The position numbers and the translations under genes were made by a program. A DNA stretch of 63,715 nucleotides, the filler included, from Bigelowiella natans CCMP2755 (lineage: Eukaryota > Protista > Cercozoa): assembly GCA_000320545.1 (NCBI GenBank). It is 7 parts of 7 records of this genome, joined end to end, with 100 filler letters (N's around TTAATTAATTAA, not from the genome) between each part and the next. Parts side by side here need not be neighbours in the genome. Positions count along the whole stretch, not along the records: positions 7,629 to 16,330 come from ADNK01003407.1; positions 16,431 to 38,009 come from ADNK01002820.1; 5 more parts are not named here. One strand, written 5' to 3'. The notes below the pieces were generated by a model. That model had not been told where the DNA came from, made no database searches, and saw nothing but the letters and a program-made list of their open reading frames with translations. This document shows positions 11,763-24,540 of the stretch, piece after piece (position 1 is the first letter of the stretch; each line of letters begins with the position of its first letter).

Positions 11763-11840
11763 TGAACAATGAACAATGATGATGAACCACATTTCCAAAA
11801 TGTCACAAGACATTTGCAGTGCACGAAACGCAGTGCCTCG
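11763..11840 (+). repeat. Dispersed direct repeat, copy A (copy B at ~13889-13967)
   Basis: gaacaatgaacaatgatga..ccacatttccaaaatgt..ttgcagtgcacgaaacgcagtgcctcg aligns with copy B. Confidence 0.85.
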
Positions 11841-12024
11841 AACTAACTTCATCGTGCCCCGGGCCGCTCACACTCCAACGCTGAATCGACACGAAGTGCA
11901 GCAATAGAATGATAAATTGTTATTACGACAACATAATTTTCATGTCGTAAAACATATTTAGCCTACCACATCCGAAACGAAAAACAAAAATCACTGTTCA
12001 CGAGTTTCCTCGTTTTGGCTGTTC

Positions 12025-12670
12025 ATGGGCGCTTCTTCTTCTCAGGGCTCTCGAAAACCGAAGCCGCAGGTAGTCATACTTGGCTTGCAAGGCGCCGGAA
12101 AGTTTACGCTCATGCAAGCAATGCTGGCTCAGTCGGGAGCAAAGGAGATAGTCACAACTAGGCCTGTTATCGGATTTGAGGTATACTCGCTTAAGCTTAA
12201 TGACCTGGAGTTAATATCCTTCAGCAATGGCCACCTGGACGGGGTCCTAATGAACTTGGTAACACTCTTTAAAACACAGCATATATGTCCACTCACATGA
12301 CTGTAATAAATTGCAGTATCGGGCTTTCTTCAAACCCACAAGCGCTTTAGTTTGGATGGTAGACTCCACCGACAAGAAAAAATTTAAGGAGTCTCGAGAG
12401 CGTTTGGAAAAATTTCTCAGTTGTTCTGAGCTAGATGGACATCCGTTACTAGTTCTAGCTAATAATAAGCAAGACTCTGATGAGGCATCGAGCGTGAATG
12501 AAGTTACAGAGGCCCTCCATTTGGCAGAGATCGTTGTGAGTACTGGACGTAATTGGTGCATTAAAGACTGTTCCACGAAAAATATGACCAAAATAGATGA
12601 AGGATTTAATTGGCTCAGGAAGGAATTGAAGCTCACCGGGGATAATGGAGGAGAGGAGAACAAAAGATGA
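12025..12670 (+). CDS. Divergent ARF/ARL-like small GTPase (probable pseudo-GTPase), 2 exons
   Basis: Exons 12025-12258 and 12317-12670 (58-nt GT-AG intron, phase 0). MG N-terminus, GLQGAGKFT, TTRPVIGF, ALVWMVDSTD, LLVLANNKQD, DCSTK..IDEGFNWL. Confidence 0.85.
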
Positions 12671-12813
12671 TACTGCTTCCTCAATTACAGCACATGTCCT
12701 ACTGCCATAATTAGCAGAGGTACAACACTATTAGCAGCAGACGACGTTTTCTTGCTAATAAAGATAATATAATTCACGTTGCTGACTAAATATATCTAGT
12801 ATATTTATCTAGG

Positions 12814-12872
<59 letters not shown>

Positions 12873-13204
12873 GTGTGTGTGTGTGTGTGTGTGTGGGTAT
12901 CGTCCACATTTAGTAGATCTTGTTCTTACATAAAGGCTAGCATTTTCTGTAAAAGATGCGAGCTCTTATTAATAATGATGACTGTTGCTAGCCTCACTTA
13001 TGCTTATATGCGAGGTGCGGCTGCCGCCTTTGCACGCAAACACGAATATAGCCCTAAGAGACGGATGTAATGAAGTGACTACATCTTTTCAACAGTCATC
13101 CTATTGTAGCTATGTAAAACAGCAGCTACAGTGCTTGTGTTACATGTATTTGTTTCTTCTGTTATTACGTGTTTCATGCATTTAAAAGCATCTATATGGC
13201 AGTA

Positions 13205-14231
13205 GGCTCTCACGTTGAACACGTGCACGCACGTGCACACTGTGCACACGCTAGCACGCCTGACGCAGCACAAACGTGCACAGCATTCGGCTGCATCGCA
13301 CACAGTGCACGATTGATTTTTTTCATCGAAAAATGTGAACGTTGTGTTGTGAAGTTTGCGAGCAAACGTGTTGACACAAGCAAGCGTGCACGCACCATTG
13401 GAAATTGGAACGCACGAGCGTGCAGTGCAGCACACCTAGACACACATGCACGTGCGCACGTGCACCACGCACGACTGCACGTCTAGACGTGCACGCAGCA
13501 GAGCGTGCAGAGGTGATCGTGCGCAATGAAAATGCGCGCGATGAGAAAGTGCACGCAGCTGTGCACGCGAGCTGATGCGCGTGCGCAATGACTGGCCATG
13601 CCAGCATGCATGCGTGTGTGCTCACGACAATCTAGACAATCATGCGTCTGCACGCACGCGACGTCGCGCTCTCTTTGCGGCAAGCTGCATGCAATTTGTG
13701 CAATACCAAGTGCGTGGTGTGGTCGAAGCGACCTGGACGACCCGTCATGCAGGCTGCACGTTGCCTCGTTGCCTTGACCACCCATTCCAGCGCGCGCATT
13801 GCCGTCCGCACGGTGCTGGTGTGGCATGCTCGCAGGTCCCAGGGACCAGACGCTCTCCACATTCGCCAATCCTGTCACACACAGCACAATGAACAATGAA
13901 TAATGATGAAAAACTACATCTCCAAAGTGTGACATGTTTCTTGCAATGTGCGAAATGCAGTGCCTCGCTAGCTCGAGCTGTGCACAGCTGCTTGCCACTC
14001 TGCTTCCCAGCCAGACACTAGTTTCCATTTGGAGCCCAAGTTCGGAGCAAACCCAAACCCATTCATCCCTGCGGCATCCCTTTTCCTAGCCATTCACATC
14101 GAAAATGGGATCGCATCAGAAAAGGCATCCTCCATCCTGGGAACGACAAGGAAAGGTCAGGTTTTCTGGCGCAAAACACCTCTGGAGCCAAACGCAGAGA
14201 GAAATTCAAAAATTTCAAAAAAAATTGAATT
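13205..14231. other. TpA-purged intergenic domain 2
   Basis: Only 10 TpA in ~1027 bp: CTAG at 13251, 13436, 13483, 13632, 13968, 14018, 14086, plus TA at 13704, 13901, 13915. Confidence 0.9.
13889..13967 (+). repeat. Dispersed direct repeat, copy B
   Basis: gaacaatgaataatgatga..ctacatctccaaagtgt..ttgcaatgtgcgaaatgcagtgcctcg aligns with 11763-11840. Confidence 0.85.
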
Positions 14232-14482
14232 TAGCGGGTACCGGTCGTAAACCGCATGCAATATTTGCCTGCGACAACCATTTCAATGCATCTTCTGCCT
14301 GAGTTGGATTCAGAACCTGCTTCCCAAGCCACATGCGCTCCCCAGCCCAGCCTTGCCTATCTCTGGCATATTAGGCTGTGGCCTCGCGTCCCTCTTTCTT
14401 CTTTCTCTTTTCTCCTTTAAATTGAGCTCCCCTTCCTCGAACCATAGGATTGGACAACGAGAGATTGAGAAGATAAGAAAAA

Positions 14483-16330
14483 ATGGCGTTTCTCCCAGCG
14501 AATGGCCGTCGGCTGATAATGATGCTCATCGTGGCCTCCTGTGCCGAGGCAATCGTGAAAACGGTGAACAACATTCAACTTCCCAAGCATAGCTCAAATA
14601 ATCTAGGGAAGGAGGACATGAATCCTATCGCTACTTCCAGCGGCCTTGTAACTAACGCAACATCGGTAGCCCCATATCTGATGAGAAAGTCGCTGAGAAA
14701 CGATAGGGCAGATGGGACGTACAGCCTCATTGCTGCTTCCTCAAACGCCACTGTTAAACTGGCGACGGAGGCTGAGAGCAAGGCGGGGGGCAAGACAAAG
14801 GAGGGGGTGGAAAGGAGGCGCAGTGTGATCCAGATCCCCCTCGAGCGATACGTCAATAAGGAGCGCTACCACGAGATACTGCAGGGCCTCAAGATGCGCC
14901 AGCAGGCTATGTCGCTTTCCCTGATGGAACAAGCGGAGGTGATCGTGCTGAACCTGCTACTAATTTTGCGCCGCCGCGAAAGATATGAGAACTCGTGCGT
15001 TTTCCCGTAAACACAACGAATAAAACACCTCAACCGCCTCAAAATATTAGGTACCCCTGGAGCAAGAAATCCTCACTGAAAAGCACATTGCTACCTACTA
15101 CGGAAGGCTCAAAATAGGGAACACTGTGTTCAAAGTAATAACACGGAGGGGGGGTGAGAGGAATAGGGGAGGGGGGTGAAAGGGGATATGATGACGCGCA
15201 TGAATCAGATGCGCCTCGCGTAATCATTACGGAAAAACGGGTGATATACTTGATGATTGCTTTGACTAGCCTTGGCAGCTACATTTTCTCTTCAACTAAC
15301 CTGTCATCATATCGTGCTCCTTTTACCCAATAATTAGGTTCTGTTCGATACGGGGTCCTGCGAATTTTGGGTGCGCCACGAGAGCAACACCAATGATTGG
15401 CCGCTAGTTCAACTGCGTAGAAAAGGAGAAGAAGAAGAAGAAGAAGAAGAAGAAGAAGAAGAAGAAGAAGAAGAAGAAGAGGATGATGATGATGATGAAG
15501 GATGATAGCGACGTGTCTCAATGCTGCTCACACGCTCGTAAATTGGCTTGATTTGTATCTTCCCGATACAACTTTTGTTGTTTGCCCCTCGCAGGTCCCT
15601 TCGTCAGTGTGCACGACCCCGCGATGCAAGAGGCACACCCGGTAATGACGGCAGCAAAAGAGAGAGCAATGAAAGTTGTATATTTTATATGATCCCATTT
15701 TCCCTCCTCCAGATTCCCTGAAGAGGAAAGCGTACTCGACATCGCGACTGATCAACCGATGAGCATCGAATATCTCTCCGGCAAGGTAACTAGCTGCTGC
15801 TGCTGCCGTTCTCTCGATGCAGAGGCTCTGGGGAGAGCCTTCGCGACAACCCTAATCCTAACGATTGGATATTCTGCGCACCGTTCCAATCATATAGGTG
15901 CTGGGTAAAATGGTGTATGAGACCGTGCAGATCGGCGACCTGCCCATTCCGAACCAGGTGCGGTTGGGACGTGTGCATGCTTGCGTACGTGCGCGTGTGT
16001 TGTTGAGACTGCTAGCGCGCAGTGTTGTATCCTCCTACCGCCCCCCCCCCCCCCTTTTTCCTGCTTATTTCTGTGCTTCTGCCATCTCTTCAGTTTTATG
16101 GTTTTCAAGAGAGGGTCATTCCAATAGTAGTAATTTCATTTATTTGTTTATTCTATGCTTGTGTGAATGTGTGTGTGTGTGCTTTTAACGCCCAACACGG
16201 CCTCTTCGGCCTTCCCTCCGAATCTAGTCTTGACGTCGGAAGTAGTGAAATGATGTGTTAAAATCCTGGTAGGTCGTGGGCCTTGCTGACACCGTCGACA
16301 TCGAGCTGATGGATGACGTAATCTGGGACG
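14483..16330 (+). CDS. Secreted pepsin-family (A1) aspartic protease, 3'-truncated at gap
   Basis: Signal peptide and long pro-region, then short exons HIATYYGRLKIGNTVFK/VLFDTGSCEFW/VPSSVCTTPRCKRHTR/..SIEYLSGK/VLGKMVYETVQIGDLPIPNQ/VVGLADTVDIELMDDVIWDG. Catalytic DTGS at ~15348. Confidence 0.9.
15427..15480 (+). repeat. (GAA)n intronic microsatellite (representative of many)
   Basis: Visible trinucleotide run. Most introns in the window carry (TA)n, (CA/TG)n, (GA)n, (CAT)n, (TAG)n or poly-G/C tracts. Confidence 0.95.
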
Positions 16331-16430
16331 NNNNNNNNNNNNNNNNNNNNNNNNNNNNNNNNNNNNNNNNNNNNTTAATTAATTAANNNNNNNNNNNNNN
16401 NNNNNNNNNNNNNNNNNNNNNNNNNNNNNN
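16331..16430. other. Artificial assembly spacer
   Basis: N44-TTAATTAATTAA-N44. Confidence 0.98.
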
Positions 16431-16614
16431 GGTTATTACTATCGCTCATCGGCTGAATACTATTATCGACGTCGATACGGTAAACAGCATCTTTAGGGAG
16501 AGACGCGTTACACTTGTTCACGGATGGTTATCTTTGTCACATAGCTTATGAGAATAAACACACACATACACACATACGATAGGTATATATACATAGAGAG
16601 AGAGAAAGAGAGAA

Positions 16615-16661
<47 letters not shown>

Positions 16662-16983
16662 AAGAGAGAGAGAGAGCGCGCGCGCGCGAGGGGTTAATAC
16701 TGTACACAACACACAGGTGGTAGTTCTTGACAAGGGCCATGTAGTAGAGGTAGGCGATCCTTTCGAGCTGCTTCAGCGTGAAAGGGACAGCGGTGATAAT
16801 GACAGCAGCAGCAGCAGCAGCAGAGGGGGGGGGCAGAAGCAAAAGGGATGGTTTGCCGAGATGGTGAAGGACACAGGAGCAGAGAACGAACGTGTGCTTA
16901 TTGACGCTGCCAAACGGGCCTATTTGAGTAGAGAGCAAGGCGCCACAGCGGCTGGTAATGATGACATTACGAAGCTGGTGTAG
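16431..16983 (+). CDS. C-terminus of ABCC/MRP-type ABC transporter
   Basis: VITIAHRLNTIIDVDT/VVVLDKGHVVEVGDPFELL..GWFAEMVKDTG: H-loop and the end of NBD2. Confidence 0.9.
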
Positions 16984-18072
16984 CTTCGAGCTGGCACTAT
17001 GTATATGGAGCCTGCAAAAGCATGAAGCGCGTGGTGAGTTGTTTAGCCGAAAAGTTTACTTTAAAATAACGAGAGGAGAAGTTAAGTTGGCTATGCTATG
17101 GGAAGGGAAGTTAACCTTCCTGTGATGTGCTTAGAATAAAGACTTTAATACGCCTTCTAGCGACTCTGAAAGTAACTTGTGTCCACTTATTCACTTGCGC
17201 GACATAATAATTTCTACGCTGTAAATTATATCTAGGCTTGCGATATCTAAATAAATGTAGGCGTATGCTATCTAGCTATGTGTATTTTTATTGTGCAGCG
17301 CTAGCTTCTGGAGCACAGACGCGTGCGAGATTTCAGAGGCAAATGTAAAGTCATCCAGCATAGAATACTGTGTGCTGTGCGTGCATGCGATGCGCGCTAG
17401 CTAGCTAGCTGCCACAACCCACGCCCACACACACACACACACATAGACACACACAGTCACATGTACCTAGCTAGCCTAGGTAATTTGTGCAAGCTAGCAA
17501 CGAGCACACGTACGTCAATCTAAATGTGCATGCATTGTTGTGCTGATCGAGCAATGCAACAATACCGATACGAACTAGCGAAGGAGAGTTTGCTGCGATC
17601 ACATGCTACGACATGAAAATCGATAGCTAGATAGCTAGACAGTTTGAATCGTACTCATCTAACCACACTGGCACAATTAAGCAGCCAGCAAGGCGTACGT
17701 CGTAAGTAGTAGCAATATCGCTTTCACTGGCATACATCTGTGCCGTACGTACCACATGCATGCGCACATGAACTACCATCACAACGCTCATTGAAGCACA
17801 CTACTAGCACATGTACACACGTACGCAGCCACCTCATAGATCGGAGGAAGAGCTACGCAAACCACTACGTTCTAGAGATAACTAGATAAAGTATTTTGAT
17901 CAGCGCTTGGCCGAGAGTGTAGCCGCAAAATAACTCCGGATACGACGATCGACGGCGGCGCAAGTAGTGAATGCATTCTGATACGAGTTAAACTCCTTTA
18001 CTAACGATCACCTCATAGAAAATTACTTCTTGGACACGGCAGATACAAATGCATGCATGCCGCGCGCCGTTG

Positions 18073-18979
<907 letters not shown>

Positions 18980-19722
18980 TCAGCTACTTCACTTTGTGGA
19001 TGCACACACAGAAGAGAAGGACGAGCAATTCTGAGGAGCAAATGAAAACAAATGTTGGACGTTTCCTGTAACAAAGTGAAGCTTATAAATCCTGCAAAAA
19101 TCCCAAAAGAAAACCGCTTTGCGCTATCGCCTCCCCACTCCCCATCCACCCCCTTCAGCAGATCGAAGTGACCTGGCTCAATCTCTTAACTGCGTCACCT
19201 TTGAATGACTCAACGTCATCACCGTGCGATTATACCCATATGCAACAAAACGAGCAAGGAAAACTGATAAAACGGCATGCTATTCCCCTCATATATTAGA
19301 ACTTTTCTCGCACGCCAAATTACTTATAATGATGATTTTTTTTAGCGTTAGGCGCCTAAGGCCTATGCAAATGTGACTGAGTCCAAGAGCACATGCCTCA
19401 TATTCACAGGTTATAACCGGTTCATTATTCGATCTGTCCTGTACGTTTGTGTCCGCCCAGACATAAAACATCCGCTGCTCTTAGGTGATTTCATCGGAAA
19501 ACACACCGCCACTGCCTTGGCGCAACTTTCAGAAATTTCAATGGAAATTTCAATGCCGACATTTAAAATTTCTCTGAAAGCCAGGAAAGCACTGCACTTC
19601 TTTTATTATTTCTGATAAGCTGATAAAGTCAAATAATAGGAAGCTCATTTCCTTCTGATCCGCGGAACCGAACACAAAATATCTGATATTTTTGGGCGAT
19701 TTTCCCAGATAAAAAACCAGTG

Positions 19723-19756
<34 letters not shown>

Positions 19757-19980
19757 CCACACACATACCAGTTGCGCGGTTTTAAACGTGAGTCCTCTCC
19801 CCCCGTGCACCTTGATCTACAAACGACTAGTAGGCATTACTGCTGGTGCTATCGCAGTCCGAACTAGCATGCGTGCAAGACGCCTTCTTACAGTAGGCAT
19901 AGAAGCTATGCAGCGCGGGGGAAGGGGAGCGATTTTTTTACATTGCCTCTGGTTTGTCAGGCACCGTTGTTCAAATTCAG

Positions 19981-21011
19981 ATGGCATCTACACTCAAGAT
20001 CCTTCGAAAGGTGTTCTTGCTGTTTTCGAGAAAGGAATCTCTTGTAGATAATCACACTGTCTGTGGTACTGGTGAATTTGCGGGCAGATTCCTCGTTGCG
20101 TCATCACGCGAAGAATCTCTCTCGGATATCCTCGCCCCACAGCAAAGAACCTCCCGTCAAACCTCAACAGTCTTTCTGGACTATGCTTCAAATCCTTTTC
20201 TACTTCCATTGACAGCGAGGTAATGTAGGGCAGCACCTTCTGACGTGACTGTTGCGTGCAAGCTTCGTGTGGTGGCTGATCTCCTCTTTTTAACCCATAG
20301 GAACATCTGGGGCGTGATAGCGACTCGATGAAGCATTTTCGGTGAGAGATGGATGCTGATGATGATGCGCCATAGAAAACCAAGCCTTTTTTTATCACTG
20401 AAAATAGTGATTTGTAGTGGTGATGATAGTGTTTGTGTGGCAATGGTAGAGGTGGTGAGGTGGTGGTTGGCGGTGGTAATATAGCACATCAAATCATGTG
20501 AAATTGGCTTCTAGCATTTGCCGAAGCAGCATCGACACCGAGACATCGATAGTCGGCGACGAATGACAGACCAAAACAGTAGTCCGTCCAAGTAGCAAAT
20601 AAGATTCGAAAAATCTCTCCCAATTGCAGGAATTCACGCCAGAAGCACCCGCTGAACATCAAGAAAAACTGGAAGAATCCGACCCAAAACCACGTCTGGA
20701 GCAACGAGGAGATCGACGCTTTGATGAAGGATCTCCCTTCCCATACACCAGTCACATGGTACGACAAGGCAATGCACTTTCTTGTCAAAAGTGTGCTATA
20801 TAACGGGTTCAACTGGGTGACGTCATTTGACAAGTCAAACCCTACTGCCAGGTGCCAAGATACTCCGTGTCGTGTTTCTCCCTCTCTTCTCCACCCCCGC
20901 CCCTTCTCCCTCTTTTTAGCTATCCACTCTCAATCTGTTTTCCCGCTGATGTCCCTTGAAACCATAATATAGGTAGATATATAAGTATATATAAATATAC
21001 ATCGCATATCA

Positions 21012-21043
<32 letters not shown>

Positions 21044-21565
21044 CAACGTATGCTGTTGTTGCTCATCCACACATGCCAACGGAAACTTATGACATTCTCA
21101 GGTCTTGCGAGTGGCGATTGATCGTGCTCGAGTCCGTCGCTGGATGTCCCGGAATGGTGACATAATAATGCAGAATAATGATAAGAACACGAGCAGTGCG
21201 TGCATTTTACGTACTTTTTGCTCATACAACGCACAACACTACACGAATCCTTACTTCCTACACGTTCTTCGTTGCGCGCGAGCGCTTCTCTGCTACATCC
21301 AAGCTTTTGCTGCATCTCCAGCCATATATCCTCAATGTATTTGGATATGTTCTGTTTGCGTGTGACGCTCCAGGTCGCAGCCGCCATCCGCCATTTTCGA
21401 TCTCTTCGCACTCTTCAGCGTGACCACGGTTGCTGCTGCTGCTGCCGCCACAAAACACCATCAACGAGAAGATAAATCATTCCTCTATAGCGAGCGGGCG
21501 ACGGCATCTTAGATTCAAAAGCATTTCCTAGATCGTTTTGTGCTCAGCGGCAGTAATCATTCTTG

Positions 21566-21624
<59 letters not shown>

Positions 21625-21940
21625 TATAATTATATTTATATACAATACATCCGTAAGTAACCTATCTCCATTCTCTGTTTCCCACGCGGATCCTAGCGCC
21701 AGCGCTACCATTACGACAAACACAGCTATTCACATCTCTCGCAGGATGGATCCACACGCTGCTCGAGGAGGCAGAAAATGAGCGCATGCACCTCCTCGTC
21801 TGCATGAATATGTTCAACGTTGGATGGGGGATTCGGTGGGGGTTACGTGTATGTGTGCACGTGTGTGCTGATTGCTGTGTTCAGGGTTTGGACGGGTCAC
21901 GTGCTGCTATGTTGTCGATTTGTGCATGCGTGCGTGTAGT

Positions 21941-22001
<61 letters not shown>

Positions 22002-22938
22002 TGTGTAGAGATAGAGAGACCAAGGAGGGGCGAGTACCTAGTTATTCTCATATTTCGTGGATATGAGCGCAATCGAATAGCCATTCCTTCCTTACAAGTC
22101 CCTTCCCCTCCCTCCCCTGCCTCCTCCTCCTTCCCCGCCCAGATCATCCTCGCTCAGTATGGAATGGTCGCATTCCTCACCACAGTCTATATCATCAAGC
22201 CAAAGGTGATAGTAGTAGAAGTAGTAGTAGTAGTAGCAGTAGCAGTAGTAGACCCAGTAGTCGGAGAGAATCTGCTAAGATAGCGATTTAAATGCACCGT
22301 TAAGCCGCCCGCATGCCACCCGAAAGCACCGTGGATAAAGAGCGATTTCTGTCATCATCAACCAGGCATTGCATAGATTTGTGGGGTACCTCGAGGAGAC
22401 GGCTTCACAGACATATTACGATCTGATTAAGGTTGATGGAGAACATAAGAAGAATAAAATACTTCCCATAGTTAGGCGGGTAGCTCACAACAAAAGAGAG
22501 CAGCTCGCGAAACATTTCAGTCACTGCCTTTTATCATCATCCATCACCGGCCATCTTCATCATCATCATCATCATCATCACCACCACCATGGTTATCACC
22601 GCCGCCATTGCTCGTAGTCATCGTCATTTAGTACTCACATCAGCTTGCTGCCTCTGACCTGACAAATGCCAACTTGGATATGAATTCCCCGCTCGCAGCA
22701 CTGTAACACTCCTGGCACGCATTTGAGCAAAGACTGGGCTCCTTTGATGGCCCCTGAGGTAATATGGGGAGGGGGGTCTTGTGGGGGAGGGTGAGGGGGC
22801 AAGAGAGGTGGGTGGAGTTGTATAAGTACCGACTGGTTGATATGTAGATCGCGAAGAACTACTGGAATTTAGGCGAGGATGCGAAATGGGTTGATGTCCT
22901 ACGGTACGGGAAACGACGCCTCTGAATACGCATCATTG

Positions 22939-22981
<43 letters not shown>

Positions 22982-23363
22982 AATATATCAATACATTTCA
23001 TGATATTATTCAATGCATGCCTGTCATGCTCAAATTCGCCGGAGGAGGTTGAGATTCTAGGCAGCTATAGATAGGATACGACAGCTAGTTCTTTGTATAT
23101 CATTCACGGCTTTTCGTCTCCTCCCTTTTGAGACTGTTGGTGAGGTGCACGTCTATGCCGAAATGAATTCCCTTCTCTCCTTCCCTCTTCTTCCCCGCAA
23201 CGGCAGGTGCTTATTCGCAGATGAAACAAATCACCGCGACGTGAACCATACCTTTGCTAGCATGGAAACGGATGATCCGAACCCCTTTGTCTCAAAGCAT
23301 CTCGACGATGCTGCTAAGGTGGGGTATATCTGCTATTTAGCCACTGCGACAATGTATTTGTGC

Positions 23364-23429
<66 letters not shown>

Positions 23430-23595
23430 TTATTTATTTATATTATTTGAGAGATATATGTTCTTGTGTCCGTGTGGATTTGTGCGTGTGTGTACACAAC
23501 GTTTCCGAGCAAAATATAGCGCCATCCTAAAACTCACAATTATCGTATAGGCTTGGCAGATTGAGGAACAGCAGAAGAAGTCAAAGAAAGAATGA
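19981..23595 (+). CDS. AOX: Mitochondrial alternative oxidase, ~13 exons
   Basis: Arg/Ser-rich presequence, LESVAGCPGM, RHFRSLR..DHGWIHTLLEEAENERMHL, HRFVGYLEETA and ADETNHRDVNH (di-iron ligands). The junction at ~21837-22142 is not resolved cleanly. Confidence 0.95.
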
Positions 23596-24055
23596 GTACT
23601 GTCACAACTGCCTGCCTCCACTTAATAATACATCCGCAATGTGGAATTTAGAGTAGCGCTTTTAGGTGCTTGCACGCTTTCCATCAAGTGGTATATCCTC
23701 CGATTTATTGAATAAACAATGTACGTAGTACATCCTACGCACATGATAACAATACATAGTACATACTCTGTGCCTATAGTGCCTATGGCTTGTCATGTGA
23801 TGGCACCTCGCTGTGGACTCGACACAAGAATGATGCATGGATCTCGATCTAGCTTGTGTGCGGAAGTGCACATCGAGACGACATGGCATTGGCTGGCTAC
23901 CTAGTGCACTGCGCATGCACAAATGTCACACATGCGATGCACGCACCCATAGACGTACAGCGATTCCATTCGGGGGTCATTTATACGCCGTGAGCACATG
24001 TTCATTATAATTTTTGGTTGTTGTGCTGCTTTGCCAAAGTCAATGTAATCAATGC

Positions 24056-24095
<40 letters not shown>

Positions 24096-24540
24096 GTGGC
24101 AGCAGCAGCAGCAGCAGCTAGTAGCAGCAGCAACGCGAATGAGCATCCCCTTCGCACCAATGATTATACAGGCCGCACTGCTAGATATCACGACATGTCT
24201 AGACATGTGTGCCTCTGCAAAAATAGAAAAGCAAGAATATGTGTTGTTGCGTCATTCACTGCAAGCGCTATGAACGCTTGCCTTGGTCGACAGATACAGA
24301 GCGCTATTCATCACTACAGTATTGTGCAATGCAATGTTTTAATAGACGCTTCAACTATGTACTTTAAAAATATATGGTGTGTGTGGTTCATCTTTGTGCA
24401 TCAAATGTGGGCAGTTGCGCGACAATACAGAATAGCTATTATTTCAGAATGTAAAAGAAAATTATCATTTTGTAGAGATCTCATGCACCGTATTAGTTTT
24501 ACGCTTCTTCTGGCTTCCCACAGTACCCTAGCGCGCAGTA

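Larger units (their letters stand above)
10874..11904. other. TpA-purged intergenic domain 1
   Basis: Only 7 TpA in 1031 bp: CTAG at 10993, 11098, 11146, 11159, 11454, plus GTAG 11387 and CTAA 11843. Confidence 0.9.

Noticed and set aside
10874-14231. Classical RIP or CpG-methylation decay as the cause of the TG/CA excess
   Set aside because: RIP would raise TpA and CpG decay would deplete CpG. Here TpA is lost and CpG is abundant and preserved in the 54-bp copy.
14030-14250. Possible transposon terminus at the edge of domain 2
   Set aside because: No matching inverted repeat, target-site duplication or transposase found in the window.
10959-14302. Dense overlapping ORFs rich in C/H/A/R/V in the purged domains
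   Set aside because: Loss of TpA removes TAA/TAG stops and Tyr codons, inflating spurious ORFs. No protein family is recognisable.
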